A stretch of 64,000 bases of DNA from Ignavibacteria bacterium (GTDB lineage Bacteria; Bacteroidota; Ignavibacteria; Kapaibacteriales; Kapaibacteriaceae). Of the stretch, positions 47,659 through 58,140 are shown piece after piece. Under the pieces are notes generated by a model. It did no database searches, was not told the origin of the DNA, and saw nothing but the letters and a program-made list of their open reading frames with translations. The stretch is taken from contig CANGZU010000001.1 of the NCBI GenBank assembly GCA_947458785.1, positions 4,269-68,268 on the forward strand. The letters are read 5' to 3'. Positions within the stretch are counted from its first letter, which is position 1, and every line of letters starts with the position of its first letter. Both the position numbers and the translations under genes were made by a program.

Positions 47659-48857
47659 TGGCCCTCTCCATGGACGCTGCGCCAGAGCGTTGTCGAGATC
47701 GCATTGATCGTAGCAAATCCTCGTGCATCAGCTCCGTCCCAGGCCTTGTTTTCCTCACCATAGGTTGCGAAGCTAGATTTCATGAGGTCGTTCAATGACT
47801 CAACGCCAAGAATGCTGAAACTATTCGCAGAACATTGCAGGGTTACTGTACCTGAAACCGCTTCCTGCGTTGTGCGGAAGAATGCTTCGATATCGCGCAA
47901 GGCTGGCTCGAGGAACTGACCTTCATGCAGGAGCTGGCCATACCACAGTGAAAGTTGATCCTTGAGCATCAGCTGCCATTTCGTGAGTGTGTGCTTTTCA
48001 AGTGCATGATGCGCCTTGATTGTCATCAATGCAGCCGGCGCTTCAAACGCCACTCGCCCCTTGATGCCAAGGATCGTGTCGCCGATGTGCATGTCGCGTC
48101 CAATATGCCAACGTGAACCGATTTCGTTGAGACGTCGAATCACATCGAGTGGCTCCATCAATGCTCCATTGAGCGCCGTGGGTAGCCCCTTCTCGAACGT
48201 GATTGCAACGCGCTCAGTTGTCTTGTCAGGATCTAGTTCGCATGCAGACGATGGCCATGCATCGTTTGGAAGGGGCTCGTGCGACGTGAGTGTTTCTCGT
48301 CCGCCTACCGTTGTCCCCCAAATGCCTTGATTGATCGAATAGGCAGACTTCGTCCAGTCGCCCTCAACGCCATGCTGTGCAAGGTATGCGATCTCCTCAT
48401 CACGCGAGAGTTTCTTGTCGCGGACAGGCGTAATCACCGGGAGCTCTGGACACAGGATCCGAAAGATCACATCAAAGCGAATCTGATCGTTACCCGCACC
48501 TGTGCTGCCATGTGCGATATGTGTTGCCTCTATGGCACGTGCATGTTGTGCGATAGCGATGGCCTGCACGACGCGTTCAGCGCTAACACTGAGGGGATAG
48601 GTGCCATTCTTGAGGACATTCCCGGCGATGCAGTACCGCAGGACTGAGTCGAACAGCTCTTGCGTTCTGTCCAGCGTAACATGGGAGGCAACGCCGCAGG
48701 AGCTTGCCCGCGACGCAATGTTCTCGATGTCTTGAGCAGAGAATCCGCCGGTATCGACGAGAACCGTATGGACCTCCATACCCATGTCTACGCTGAGATA
48801 CCGCGCACAGTATGATGTGTCGAGTCCACCACTAAACGCAAGTAGGACCTTGTTCAT
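47655..48857 (-). CDS. argG: argininosuccinate synthase
   Basis: AFSGGLDTS PP-loop. Confidence 0.9.
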   Translation of the reverse strand: MNKVLLAFSGGLDTSYCARYLSVDMGMEVHTVLVDTGGFSAQDIENIASRASSCGVASHVTLDRTQELFDSVLRYCIAGNVLKNGTYPLSVSAERVVQAIAIAQHARAIEATHIAHGSTGAGNDQIRFDVIFRILCPELPVITPVRDKKLSRDEEIAYLAQHGVEGDWTKSAYSINQGIWGTTVGGRETLTSHEPLPNDAWPSSACELDPDKTTERVAITFEKGLPTALNGALMEPLDVIRRLNEIGSRWHIGRDMHIGDTILGIKGRVAFEAPAALMTIKAHHALEKHTLTKWQLMLKDQLSLWYGQLLHEGQFLEPALRDIEAFFRTTQEAVSGTVTLQCSANSFSILGVESLNDLMKSSFATYGEENKAWDGADARGFATINAISTTLWRSVHGEGQ

Positions 48858-49426
48858 TCTTCAGACTCCTTCGGATCATAGAGCATGCCGGTGCACAGAC
48901 ACATAGAACGCTTTGTGCGCTCAAGAATGTCAAAGTTGGGGCAAGACTGGCATCCCTTCCAGAATGACTCATCTGTCGTTAGTTCCGAGAAATGCACGGG
49001 GCGATATCCCAGCTCAAAATTGATTTTCATCACGGCAGCACTTGTTGTGATACCGAACATCTTGGCGTCTGGAAACCGCTCACGAGAAAGCTCAAAGGCA
49101 GCCCGTTTGATCCTGCGGGCCAGGTTGTTCTTTCGGTACTCAGGCTTTACGATCAGGCCAGAGTTTGCAACGTAGCGACCGTGCTCCCAGGTCTCGATGT
49201 AGCAGAAACCGGCAAAGCTGCCGGATGGCGTTAGGGCGATAATGGCCTTGCCTTCTGTCATCTTCTGCTCGATGTACTCAGGTGTCCTTCGAGCAATACC
49301 AGTGCCGCGTTGTTGTGCAGCTACGAAGATCGTTTCAACGATCTCCTCTGCATAGGAGATATGTGATCGGTCGGCGCGTAGAATACACACGTCGACCTCT
49401 TCCATGAGGTTATTCATAGGCTTCAA
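48854..49426 (-). CDS. GNAT N-acetyltransferase (probable N-acyl-glutamate synthase, first gene of arg operon)
   Basis: GNAT fold motifs; 4-nt overlap with argG. Confidence 0.65.
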   Translation of the reverse strand: MKPMNNLMEEVDVCILRADRSHISYAEEIVETIFVAAQQRGTGIARRTPEYIEQKMTEGKAIIALTPSGSFAGFCYIETWEHGRYVANSGLIVKPEYRKNNLARRIKRAAFELSRERFPDAKMFGITTSAAVMKINFELGYRPVHFSELTTDESFWKGCQSCPNFDILERTKRSMCLCTGMLYDPKESEE

Positions 49427-49668
49427 ATGAGGGGTGCTTGATCCGAACGGCGAGCGGAATTGCTCGAGCGGTTCGTTGTGGGCGAGGCGCTGAAGGCTTC
49501 GCTGCGGGATGGGTCAGGAACGGCGCGTTACGACAGACGCATTTCCAGCCGGGTTTCCCGCAGCGGAAGTCGTCGTCGATCCTCTTGATGGTAACGCGTT
49601 TTCATCATTCGTGGGTCGCAAACATCGGAAGAATGCAACTCCTGCGCAAGCGACACACTGATACGTTA

Positions 49669-50154
49669 TCAGATATTATTGTTCTTGGCCCGTGAGTCAG
49701 ATGCGAGTTGTTCCTTGTAAGCAATCAAGCGTGGCAGCAGATCCGGCATACCGATAGAGAGCATTTCTACGGCGAGCAGGCCTGCGTTACGTCCGCCCCC
49801 TATCGCCACGGTGGCAACTGGGACACCACTTGGCATTTGTACGATGCTCAGAAGTGAGTCAAGACCACGGAGCTGTTTTGTAGCGATCGGTACGCCGATC
49901 ACCGGAAGGGGGGTATACGAGGCCGTCATGCCTGGCAGGTGGGCAGCTCCACCAGCACCAGCAATGATAACCTTAATGCCACGTGTGTGGGCAGTAGCTC
50001 CGTACTCGGCCATATCGTGCGGAGTGCGATGAGCACTTACGATGCGCATTTCGTATGCAACACCAAACTCTTCGCATACGGCAGCGGCCTCCTTCATCGT
50101 CGGAAGGTCAGAATCACTGCCCATGATGATGCCTACAACTGCTTGCGTGCTCAT
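49669..50154 (-). CDS. purE: 5-(carboxyamino)imidazole ribonucleotide mutase
   Basis: [12 protein letters not shown] and [10 protein letters not shown] PurE motifs. Confidence 0.9.
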   Translation of the reverse strand: MSTQAVVGIIMGSDSDLPTMKEAAAVCEEFGVAYEMRIVSAHRTPHDMAEYGATAHTRGIKVIIAGAGGAAHLPGMTASYTPLPVIGVPIATKQLRGLDSLLSIVQMPSGVPVATVAIGGGRNAGLLAVEMLSIGMPDLLPRLIAYKEQLASDSRAKNNNI

Positions 50155-50768
50155 GGTGTTTCCTTTGGTGTTTGATTAACAATTCGCTTCATCAGGCCTA
50201 AGAGCTGGTGTCTGCCCAGACCTGTTTCACTCGATGAAGGAATCACGTCCACAAGGCTCGCGCATTGTGCGAGGAGCTCCTTTACCTGCTCAACGCGTTC
50301 TTGGAGAGCTGCCGGCTTGAGTTTGTCGCATTTCGTAAGGATGACCGCATAGCTACGTTGAGCGAATTCAAGCTCTTCGATCATTGCTAGGTCAAGGGGC
50401 TGTGGGTCGTGCCGTGAATCTACCAAGACACAGGTAACAGCGAGCTGCTCACGCTTGAGTACGTACGTCTTGATAAGTGTCGAGAATTGCTCTCGTTGAG
50501 TCTTACTTACGCGGGCATAACCGTATCCAGGCAAGTCAACGAGCATGAAGCCGAGATCTGTTACAAAGAAATTGATTTCCTGTGTTTTGCCCGGGGTATT
50601 GGACACGCGCGCCACTCTCGACGACCGCACGAGTGTATTGATTAGGGATGACTTCCCAACGTTGGACCGACCAATGAAGGCGATCTCCTGCAGGCTGGAT
50701 ACAGGGAAGTGCTCAGGTGATGTTGCACCTTTGACAAATTCCGCTCGCAGATGAATTTCTTGCGCCAT
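50151..50768 (-). CDS. engB: ribosome biogenesis GTPase YihA/EngB
   Basis: [13 protein letters not shown]1 and DLPGYGY G3 motifs. Confidence 0.85.
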   Translation of the reverse strand: MAQEIHLRAEFVKGATSPEHFPVSSLQEIAFIGRSNVGKSSLINTLVRSSRVARVSNTPGKTQEINFFVTDLGFMLVDLPGYGYARVSKTQREQFSTLIKTYVLKREQLAVTCVLVDSRHDPQPLDLAMIEELEFAQRSYAVILTKCDKLKPAALQERVEQVKELLAQCASLVDVIPSSSETGLGRHQLLGLMKRIVNQTPKETP

Positions 50769-50770
50769 AG

Positions 50771-50812
50771 GAGATAAAAAATGAAAACGCCGGATGCTGT
50801 CGCAACCGGCGT
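50771..50812 (-). terminator. intrinsic terminator after rplQ
   Basis: on the minus strand an ACGCCGG/CCGGCGT 7-bp stem followed by TTTTCATTTTTTATC. Confidence 0.5.
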
Positions 50813-50834
50813 CTGTCGTACAGATTATAGCAAA

Positions 50835-51563
50835 TTACTCCGCAGAGCTACCGTCGGCTGCTGGAGCGTCGGCTGCTGGAGCGTCGGCTGCTGGAGCGTC
50901 GGCTGCTGGAGCGTCGGCTGCTGGAGCGTCGGCTGCTGGAGCGTCGGCTGTATCAGCAGGTGCTTCTGCTGCAGGAGCTTCTGCTGCAGGTGCTTCGACC
51001 ACTGGCGTCTCTTCTACAATGGCCTCCTCAACGACCGGGTCTTCTACAACGACCGGTGCAGGAGCTACTGCCACTGGAGCTGGCTTTGGCTTGGCTGCTG
51101 GCTTCGGCTTGGCTGGTGTCTTCGCTGCGGCACGGCGCTTCGTAGAAGATGATCGGCCATCAACCGGATTTGACCAGTCGACAAGCTCAATCATCGCCGT
51201 CGCTGCGGCATCACCACGACGAAGCCCAAGCTTCGTAATGCGTGTATAGCCACCATCGCGCTCTGCCACAAGTGGAGCGATCGTATCGAACAGCTCCTGC
51301 AGCACACCCTTGTTCTTGATGAAGCGTCCTACCATACGGCGGTTGTGAACGTCAACGCCGGTGATGGCGCCTGACTTCTCCGACCGATGCGCATTGCGTG
51401 CACGTGTGATAAGCTGTTCAGCAAATGGACGGAGTTCCTTGGCCTTCGCAACTGTTGTTACCAGACGCTTGTGCTCGAACAACGATGTTGCCAAGTTCGC
51501 AAGCAACGCGCGCTTGTGGCTCGCTGTGCGCTTGAGTTTCCGACCTGCATACCCATGTCGCAT
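50835..51563 (-). CDS. rplQ: 50S ribosomal protein L17 with long Ala/Pro/Lys-rich C-terminal extension
   Basis: N-terminal about 120 aa canonical L17 (MRHGYAGRKLKRTASHKRALL...); C-terminal about 120 aa low-complexity tail ending in 6x APAAD. Confidence 0.9.
   Translation of the reverse strand: MRHGYAGRKLKRTASHKRALLANLATSLFEHKRLVTTVAKAKELRPFAEQLITRARNAHRSEKSGAITGVDVHNRRMVGRFIKNKGVLQELFDTIAPLVAERDGGYTRITKLGLRRGDAAATAMIELVDWSNPVDGRSSSTKRRAAAKTPAKPKPAAKPKPAPVAVAPAPVVVEDPVVEEAIVEETPVVEAPAAEAPAAEAPADTADAPAADAPAADAPAADAPAADAPAADAPAADGSSAE
50854..50950. repeat. six perfect 15-bp tandem repeats (TCGGCTGCTGGAGCG) inside the rplQ 3' end
   Basis: read directly; encodes (APAAD)6 on the minus strand; a second degenerate 15-bp repeat family follows (GCAGGTGCTTCTGCT). 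Confidence 0.95.
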
Positions 51564-51584
51564 GATTACTTCTCCTTGCCTTCC

Positions 51585-52604
51585 TTAGTCTTGTTTCTTT
51601 TCGTCGCTGCTGAGGTAGTCATCCAGATTCATACCGAATGTCAATCCATTTGCAGAGACAACTTCTGCCAACTCCGAGAGAGACTTACGACCGAAGTTGC
51701 GAAACTTCAGCAGATCAGATTCTTGGAGGCTGACCAAATCTGCAAGCGTTTTGATGCTAGCAGCCTTGAGGCAGTTGTGAGCACGAACGCTCAATTCTAA
51801 TTCATCTACTGGTTGGAGCAGGATGCGACGAACACGTGAGCGTTCGCGATCTGCTTCACTGTCGCCTGCTGATGTTTCGTGTACCTCGGCTGCACCTGCT
51901 GCAGATGGATTTACACCCAAGAACAGCGCAACGTGCGAACGAAAAATGCTAGCTGAATGCTCAACAGCTTCCTTCGCGGTGATTGAACCATCAGTGCTGA
52001 TATCAAGCACCAAGCGCTCATAGTCTGTCTTTTGGCCAACGCGGAACGGCTCCACGTTGTAGATAACGTTCTTGATCGGAGTGTAGATAGCATCAATCGG
52101 GAGCATCCCGAGTGGGAAATCAGCTGCGTTTTGCTCTTCCGATGGCACATATCCCTTGCCACGTCCAATGCGGAGTTCAACATCGAAGTCGACATCGTCT
52201 GACAGTGTAGCAATCTTCTTCGACGGATCAAGTACTTCGATCGCGCCAGCCGTTGCGTCTTGGATCATTTCAGCAGTCCACGTTTTCTGCCCCTTTACAC
52301 GGAACGAGATACGCTGCGACGCCTTTGGATCATTGATACGGAAACGAACTTCTTTCAGATTGAGGATGATCTCACACATGTCTTCCACAACACCCGGGAT
52401 CGTCTGGAATTCATGCTGAACATCGGAGATCTTAACTCCAACGATCGCTGAACCCTGGATCGATGAAAGGAGCACGCGACGAAACGCGTTACCTATTGTA
52501 GTACCGTAACCCTCTTCAAGAGGATTGAGGATAAACCGAGCATGGTATGGACTGCCGAGTTCTTCGACGACGACGCCTTCGGGCATCTGCATCTGCATAT
52601 TCAT
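51585..52604 (-). CDS. rpoA: DNA-directed RNA polymerase subunit alpha
   Basis: canonical alpha NTD/CTD sequence; position between rpsK and rplQ. Confidence 0.95.
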   Translation of the reverse strand: MNMQMQMPEGVVVEELGSPYHARFILNPLEEGYGTTIGNAFRRVLLSSIQGSAIVGVKISDVQHEFQTIPGVVEDMCEIILNLKEVRFRINDPKASQRISFRVKGQKTWTAEMIQDATAGAIEVLDPSKKIATLSDDVDFDVELRIGRGKGYVPSEEQNAADFPLGMLPIDAIYTPIKNVIYNVEPFRVGQKTDYERLVLDISTDGSITAKEAVEHSASIFRSHVALFLGVNPSAAGAAEVHETSAGDSEADRERSRVRRILLQPVDELELSVRAHNCLKAASIKTLADLVSLQESDLLKFRNFGRKSLSELAEVVSANGLTFGMNLDDYLSSDEKKQD

Positions 52605-52656
52605 GGCCTTCCTTTGGTCAAATTCAGACGGAAAAAAACAACATCAACAGTACGGG

Positions 52657-53043
52657 TTAGACGCGGCGCTTTTTCGGCGGACGGCAACCGTTGTGTGGCA
52701 ACGGTGTTTCGTCGAGGATCGAAAGAACCTCAAAGCCTGCCTGTGTCAGCGCACGGATAGCGGCTTCGCGTCCGGATCCTGGCCCCTTCACAACAACGTC
52801 AACCTTGCGAAGACCCATTTCGAATGCTTCACGAGCGGCCTTGTCTGCAGACACCTGTGAGGCATACGGTGTGTTCTTCTTTGAACCACGGAATCCGTTC
52901 TTGCCCGCAGATGACCACGACAACGTGTTGCCGTACGTATCTGTTACTGTGACGATTACGTTATTGAATGTGGCACGGACAAACACCTTGCCATGCACAT
53001 CCGCAACGATTTTGCGCTTTACGCGCTTCTTAGCAGCTGCCAT
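52657..53043 (-). CDS. rpsK: 30S ribosomal protein S11
   Basis: conserved S11 sequence. Confidence 0.95.
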   Translation of the reverse strand: MAAAKKRVKRKIVADVHGKVFVRATFNNVIVTVTDTYGNTLSWSSAGKNGFRGSKKNTPYASQVSADKAAREAFEMGLRKVDVVVKGPGSGREAAIRALTQAGFEVLSILDETPLPHNGCRPPKKRRV

Positions 53044-53060
53044 TGATCATCATCCCTTAA

Positions 53061-53438
53061 TTACTTCTTCACTGCCTTCTTCTTACCAGCAACCGTCTTA
53101 CGCTTACCCTTGCGAGTACGCGCATTGGTACGCGTGCGTTGTCCACGTGCTGGCAAACCGCGGCGGTGGCGTAGGCCACGGTAACATCCGACGTCCATAA
53201 GACGCTTGATGTTGAGTTGAATCTCCGAGCGGAGCTGACCTTCTACTTTGTAGTCGGCGAGCACCTGACGGATGCGTGCAACTTCATCGTCGGTCCATGT
53301 CGATACACGCTTGCTGTGATCAATACCCGCTTTGTCGAGTACTTCACCACTGATCGTGCGGCCGATGCCGAAGATGTATGTGAGCGCGACGATTCCGCGC
53401 TTGTTTTTTGGTAGGTCGATACCTGCGATACGAGCCAC
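53061..53438 (-). CDS. rpsM: 30S ribosomal protein S13
   Basis: [10 protein letters not shown] start. Confidence 0.95.
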   Translation of the reverse strand: MARIAGIDLPKNKRGIVALTYIFGIGRTISGEVLDKAGIDHSKRVSTWTDDEVARIRQVLADYKVEGQLRSEIQLNIKRLMDVGCYRGLRHRRGLPARGQRTRTNARTRKGKRKTVAGKKKAVKK

Positions 53439-53453
53439 GTTGTGTCTCCCTTT

Positions 53454-53570
53454 TAGCCTTGACGTTGCTTGAAGCGTGGGTTTTTCTTGTTGATAATGTA
53501 AACCCGTCCCTTACGACGTACAATTTTGTCGTCTGGGCTGCGCTTCTTGACTGATGCTGTTACCTTCATG
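53454..53570 (-). CDS. rpmJ: 50S ribosomal protein L36
   Basis: manually translated 38 aa [38 protein letters not shown]; not in the ORF track because it is short. Confidence 0.85.
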
Positions 53571-53597
53571 ACTTCACCTGAAGTTTAAATCTCGACA

Positions 53598-53816
53598 TTA
53601 CTTGTAGCGATACACGATTCGACCCTTCGACAGATCATACGGAGACATTTCAACTGTCACCTTATCACCGCGAAAGATTTTGATGAAGTGCATACGCATC
53701 TTGCCAGACACATGTGCGAGGATCTTATGCCCGTTATCCAGTTTTACGATGAACTGTGTATTCGGGAGTGCTTCCTCGATCGTGCCATCAACACGTATGA
53801 CGTCTTCGCGACCCAT
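53598..53816 (-). CDS. infA: translation initiation factor IF-1
   Basis: 72 aa S1-like IF-1 sequence. Confidence 0.95.
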   Translation of the reverse strand: MGREDVIRVDGTIEEALPNTQFIVKLDNGHKILAHVSGKMRMHFIKIFRGDKVTVEMSPYDLSKGRIVYRYK

Positions 53817-53837
53817 GTAATCCTAGTTGTGTTTCTG

Positions 53838-54635
53838 TTAATTCCACTCTGTAAGAATTCTTGGTGTTGGCCCGTCGATGAGAATGGTATGTTCGAAATG
53901 CGCCGAGGGCTTCCCATCCGCCGCATATACCGTCCAACCATCGCTTGCTGTTTGCACATGGAACATTCCCATGTTTACCATCGGTTCAATCGCCAATGCC
54001 ATCCCTGTTTTCAGGGGAACATTTGGAAATCGTGACCGATGCAGCAATCCCGGGACAAAGTTTGGTACAGGGGGCTCTTCGTGCAGGTGCTGGCCTATGC
54101 CGTGTCCTACGAGCTCACGTACCACCGAGAATCCTTGTTTTTCAACGCACGTTTGAACAGCTTTCGCAATATCATATACGCGATTACCATCCTTCGCCTG
54201 CTCGATACCTAACCTCAGGGATTCCTGAGTGACGTCGAGTAGACGCTGTTTCTCGGCTGAAATCTCACCGACACCAAATGTGAAGGCGCTATCTCCATAG
54301 TAGCCATCCTTACGAACGCCTACGTCAACCGAAATGATTTGGCCTGCTGACAGCTCACGCTGTCCTGGCATGCCGTGCACAACCTCTTCATCTATGCTGA
54401 TGCAAAGTGTATAAGGATACGTCTTGCGATCAACCTTATACCCTTTGAATGCCGGCTCGGCATCTCGCGTTCGGATGAAATCCTCTGCGATTGCGTCGAG
54501 CTCTAGTGTTGTAACCCCGGGTTTAATGTATCCTTGTAGATGCTGTAGAACGTCCGCAACGATTCTGCATGCAGCCTCGATTTTACGCACGGCGTCCCCA
54601 TTATGGGTCGGTATGCGAAGATCGTGGGGAGACAT
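53838..54635 (-). CDS. map: type I methionine aminopeptidase
   Basis: MetAP metal-ligand pattern. Confidence 0.9.
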   Translation of the reverse strand: MSPHDLRIPTHNGDAVRKIEAACRIVADVLQHLQGYIKPGVTTLELDAIAEDFIRTRDAEPAFKGYKVDRKTYPYTLCISIDEEVVHGMPGQRELSAGQIISVDVGVRKDGYYGDSAFTFGVGEISAEKQRLLDVTQESLRLGIEQAKDGNRVYDIAKAVQTCVEKQGFSVVRELVGHGIGQHLHEEPPVPNFVPGLLHRSRFPNVPLKTGMALAIEPMVNMGMFHVQTASDGWTVYAADGKPSAHFEHTILIDGPTPRILTEWN

Positions 54636-54641
54636 CTTACC

Positions 54642-55991
54642 TTAGGATGCAACTCCTGCACGCCCACGGATCTTTCCTGTCTTCATGAAACCGTCATAGT
54701 GACGCATCAAGAGATAAGATTCGATCTGTTGAAGTGTGTCAAGAGCTACACCAACAACGATGAGAAGACTTGTACCGCCAAAGAACGACGCGAGTGCTGG
54801 CTGGACTGTCAAGACGCTCATTGCAAACGTTGGTAGGATTGCAATAATCGCCAAGAATATAGACCCTGGCAGCGTGATTCGCGTTAGAATGTTTTCGATA
54901 TAATCTGATGTCGGACTACCAGGACGAACGCCTGGAATAAAGCCACCGTTCTTCTTCATGTTATCGGCTACTTCCTTTGGATTAAAGGCAATGGCCGTAT
55001 AAAAATACGTGAAGAACACGATCATCAACCCGTACAACACGGAATACAATACGGCGTCAGGACGCAACGCAGCTTCAATCGTACGGAAGAATGCAACATC
55101 AGGGAAAAAGCCAGCGATTGTTCCTGGAATGAACAGTATCGACTGCGCAAAAATGATCGGCATAACACCTGCAGTGTTTACACGCAGAGGAATATACTGG
55201 GTTGAACCACCGTAAACCTTCCGTCCAACAACACGCTTTGCATACTGCACTGGGATGCGACGTGCACCTTGTGTGATCAGGATAACAACGGCAATGATAC
55301 CTAGAAGCAGAGTCAGGAAGATGGCTCCAATAACGAGCTGCTGGCCAAACGTGCTGTCTTCTGGTGTGGTCGCAAACTGTTGGTACAAACCAATCGGGAG
55401 ACGGGAGATGATGCCGATAAAGATGATCAGAGATATCCCGTTTCCAAGTCCGCGGTCCGTGATCTGTTCCCCAATCCACATCAAACCCATAGTTCCTGCT
55501 GTTAGCAGGATAACAGATGAGACTGTCCAGAAGAAACCTGGGTCAACAACGGCACCTGGGTAATCGTAACCAATCTTCGCCGTAACACCCCAAGCTTGCA
55601 GCGCTGCAATCGGAATTGTTAGTAGTCGTGTAAACTGATTGATTTTACGACGTCCGTCTTCACCTTCACGCTGGAGCTTTTGCAACTGTGGCAAAACAAC
55701 GCCTGCAATCTGCAGGATGATGCTTGCTGAGATGTATGGCATGATACCAAGCGCAAAAATGGCGGCGTTTTCAAACGCGCCCCCTACAAAGAGGTTATAG
55801 ATCTGGAAGATGCCACCATCTCCGGCAGCACCTGCTTCGATCTGACGTTGCAGTTCAGTTGTATTGATACCGGGGATCGCGATCAGCGATCCGAGGCGCA
55901 CAGCGAGCAATGCGACGAGCGTAAAGATGATACGCTGTCGTAGCTCTTCAATTCGGAACATGTTCCGAAATGTGGTAACAATATTAGACAT
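54642..55991 (-). CDS. secY: preprotein translocase subunit SecY
   Basis: 10 TM SecY sequence; position after rplO. Confidence 0.95.
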   Translation of the reverse strand: MSNIVTTFRNMFRIEELRQRIIFTLVALLAVRLGSLIAIPGINTTELQRQIEAGAAGDGGIFQIYNLFVGGAFENAAIFALGIMPYISASIILQIAGVVLPQLQKLQREGEDGRRKINQFTRLLTIPIAALQAWGVTAKIGYDYPGAVVDPGFFWTVSSVILLTAGTMGLMWIGEQITDRGLGNGISLIIFIGIISRLPIGLYQQFATTPEDSTFGQQLVIGAIFLTLLLGIIAVVILITQGARRIPVQYAKRVVGRKVYGGSTQYIPLRVNTAGVMPIIFAQSILFIPGTIAGFFPDVAFFRTIEAALRPDAVLYSVLYGLMIVFFTYFYTAIAFNPKEVADNMKKNGGFIPGVRPGSPTSDYIENILTRITLPGSIFLAIIAILPTFAMSVLTVQPALASFFGGTSLLIVVGVALDTLQQIESYLLMRHYDGFMKTGKIRGRAGVAS

Positions 55992-56445
55992 GAACGGTTA
56001 CCGCTCCTCCGGCAGATTCGATCTTGTTCTTTGCAGATTCGGAGATCTTATCGCACGAGACAGAGAGCTTTGCTGAAAGACCGCCGTTACCCAAAATCTT
56101 TACTGGAGCAGACCTCTTGCGGATGACGCCCAGAGACAAAAGTGTCTCTTTATCTACAACACCGTTTGTGATCTGCTGTTCATCTACCAAACGCTGCAGA
56201 GTTGCAACGTTTACTTCTTGATATTCAATGCGGTTGATGTTCGTGAAGCCGAATTTCGGAACACGACGAGTAAGCGTCATCTGTCCGCCTTCGAATCCAC
56301 GGCTCTGGCTGAAACCACTGCGCGACTGATGGCCCTTGTGACCACGCGTTGCAGTACCGCCATGGCCTGAACCGGCACCACGACCTACGCGCTTCTTCTT
56401 GTGACGTGAACCCGCTGCGGGTGATAGATTTCCTATGTGTTTCAT
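55984..56445 (-). CDS. rplO: 50S ribosomal protein L15
   Basis: Gly/Arg-rich N-terminus typical of L15. Confidence 0.9.
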   Translation of the reverse strand: MKHIGNLSPAAGSRHKKKRVGRGAGSGHGGTATRGHKGHQSRSGFSQSRGFEGGQMTLTRRVPKFGFTNINRIEYQEVNVATLQRLVDEQQITNGVVDKETLLSLGVIRKRSAPVKILGNGGLSAKLSVSCDKISESAKNKIESAGGAVTVHV

Positions 56446-56453
56446 GTTGGGCC

Positions 56454-56645
56454 TCAGTCTGCAATCTCTTCAACCGTCACGAGGTGACGTACTGTGTTAA
56501 TCATGCCAAGAATTTGAACGTTCTTTGGCTTGATCGATACGTAGTTAGGGCGGCCAAGGCCAAGAGCCTTGATCGTTGCTTTGTGCGCCTTCAGTGCTCC
56601 GATCGACGAACGCACTTGTGTGATTTTCAGCTTCATACTCTTCAC
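56454..56645 (-). CDS. rpmD: 50S ribosomal protein L30
   Basis: KLKITQVRSSIG motif. Confidence 0.9.
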   Translation of the reverse strand: MKSMKLKITQVRSSIGALKAHKATIKALGLGRPNYVSIKPKNVQILGMINTVRHLVTVEEIAD

Positions 56646-56659
56646 TTCCCTTGTTTCGC

Positions 56660-57163
56660 TTAGCCTTGAAGAACTTTTTCGACACTAACACCACGGCGAG
56701 CAGCCACAGCGGCAGCATCTTCGAGCTGCATCAATGCATCCATTGTTGCCTTGACGGTGTTGTGAGGATTAGACGAACCTTGTGACTTCGTCAGGACGTC
56801 CTTCACGCCAGCCAATTCGAGGATCGCTCGTACACCACCAGCAGCAATAACACCAGTACCAGGAGTTGCCGGACGGATGAGAACCTTCGCTGCGCCGAAA
56901 CGTCCAAGGACTTCGTGCGGAATTGTTCCGTTCTCTACGCGAACCTTGACAACCGACTTCTTAGCTGCTTCTGTAGCCTTTGTTACGGCATTGGAAACTT
57001 CACCAGCTTTGCCAAGACCGTACCCAACATGTCCCTGCTCATCGCCTACGACGACCATCGCAGAGAAGTTGAAGCGACGTCCGCCCTTAACAACCTTCGC
57101 TGTCCGGCCAACGTAAACGATCTTATCCTTGAGGTTCAGATCTGATAATTTTTGCTTTGCCAC
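56660..57163 (-). CDS. rpsE: 30S ribosomal protein S5
   Basis: conserved S5 domains; GTG start at 57163 with a GGAG 9 nt upstream preferred over the ORF-track ATG at 57226, which would overlap rplR. Confidence 0.85.
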   Translation of the reverse strand: MAKQKLSDLNLKDKIVYVGRTAKVVKGGRRFNFSAMVVVGDEQGHVGYGLGKAGEVSNAVTKATEAAKKSVVKVRVENGTIPHEVLGRFGAAKVLIRPATPGTGVIAAGGVRAILELAGVKDVLTKSQGSSNPHNTVKATMDALMQLEDAAAVAARRGVSVEKVLQG

Positions 57164-57188
57164 GTGTACTGCTCCGTTTCGTTCTCTA

Positions 57189-57560
57189 TTAGAAATCGAG
57201 ACCACTCTCGCGGGCTGCTTCTGCAAGCGCCTTTACGCGACCGTGATACAAAAACCCGTTGCGGTCGAACGCCACTGTTTTAACATTGGCTGCCTGTGCG
57301 CGTTGGGCAAGGACTGTGCCGACAAGACGGCTCTCTTCGACCTTCGTCATTTCCTTCGTGATCTTCGCGCGTACTTCGCTATCAACTGTAGATGCTGATG
57401 CCACTGTTGTAGCTGCAACATCGTCGATGATCTGAGCATAAATATGCTGGAGTGTGCGATGTACCGTAAGGCGCAAACGCTCTGGTGTACCTGTGATGTT
57501 CTTACGAACTCGGCGATTTCGGCGTGCTTGACGGTGATTTTTTAGCTTGATGCGATTCAT
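57189..57560 (-). CDS. rplR: 50S ribosomal protein L18
   Basis: conserved L18 sequence. Confidence 0.9.
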   Translation of the reverse strand: MNRIKLKNHRQARRNRRVRKNITGTPERLRLTVHRTLQHIYAQIIDDVAATTVASASTVDSEVRAKITKEMTKVEESRLVGTVLAQRAQAANVKTVAFDRNGFLYHGRVKALAEAARESGLDF

Positions 57561-57575
57561 AGTCGTTTATTCTCC

Positions 57576-58115
57576 TTACTTACCAGCAGACTTACCAGCC
57601 TTGCGACGAACGTATTCACCTTCATAGCGAATACCCTTGCCCTTGTAAGGCTCTGGTGGACGAAGCTTGCGAACCTTGGATGCTACTTCTCCCACGAGGT
57701 GCTTGTTTATGCCCTTGACCGAAAACGCCGTAGGCGTGGCAACAGCAAACTCAACACCGTCTGGCGGCATAAATAGAATTGGGTGAGAATAACCAAGGGA
57801 AAGGAGTAGATTCTTGCCACGCAATTCGACCTTGTATCCAACACCTTCAATTTGAAGGTTCTTTGTAAATCCGTTGGCAACACCCTCTACCATCCAAGCA
57901 ATGTGAGCACGTGTCAGTCCGTGCAAAGCACGAACCTTCTTGTCTTCACTGTTGCGAGAAAACGTAATCGTGTTACCTTCCGTTGTTGGCGCGATGGCAT
58001 CGCTCATGTTGAAGTGAAGTTCGCCCTTAGGCCCCTTTACTGAACATGTACCCGCGTCGAACTTGACGCTAACACCACTCGGTACAACTATTGGCTTTTT
58101 TCCTACTCGAGACAT
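57576..58115 (-). CDS. rplF: 50S ribosomal protein L6
   Basis: MSRVGKKPI start. Confidence 0.95.
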   Translation of the reverse strand: MSRVGKKPIVVPSGVSVKFDAGTCSVKGPKGELHFNMSDAIAPTTEGNTITFSRNSEDKKVRALHGLTRAHIAWMVEGVANGFTKNLQIEGVGYKVELRGKNLLLSLGYSHPILFMPPDGVEFAVATPTAFSVKGINKHLVGEVASKVRKLRPPEPYKGKGIRYEGEYVRRKAGKSAGK

Positions 58116-58140
58116 TGTCGTAAGCTCCTAACTTCTCTTC

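Noticed and set aside
49427-49668. Possible ARG box / ArgR operator upstream of the arg operon
   Set aside because: Only a weak half-site-like TTATTCATAGGCTTCAAATGA; no convincing 18-bp palindrome pair and no argR gene in the window
50781-51249. Plus-strand ORFs encoding (VGCWS)n and poly-Ala/Ser repeats
   Set aside because: Antisense artefact of the 15-bp tandem repeats inside rplQ on the minus strand
56660-57226. Long rpsE ORF overlapping rplR by 38 nt
   Set aside because: The first 21 codons lack S5 similarity; an internal GTG with a GGAG SD gives the canonical S5 N-terminus (VAKQKLSDL...)
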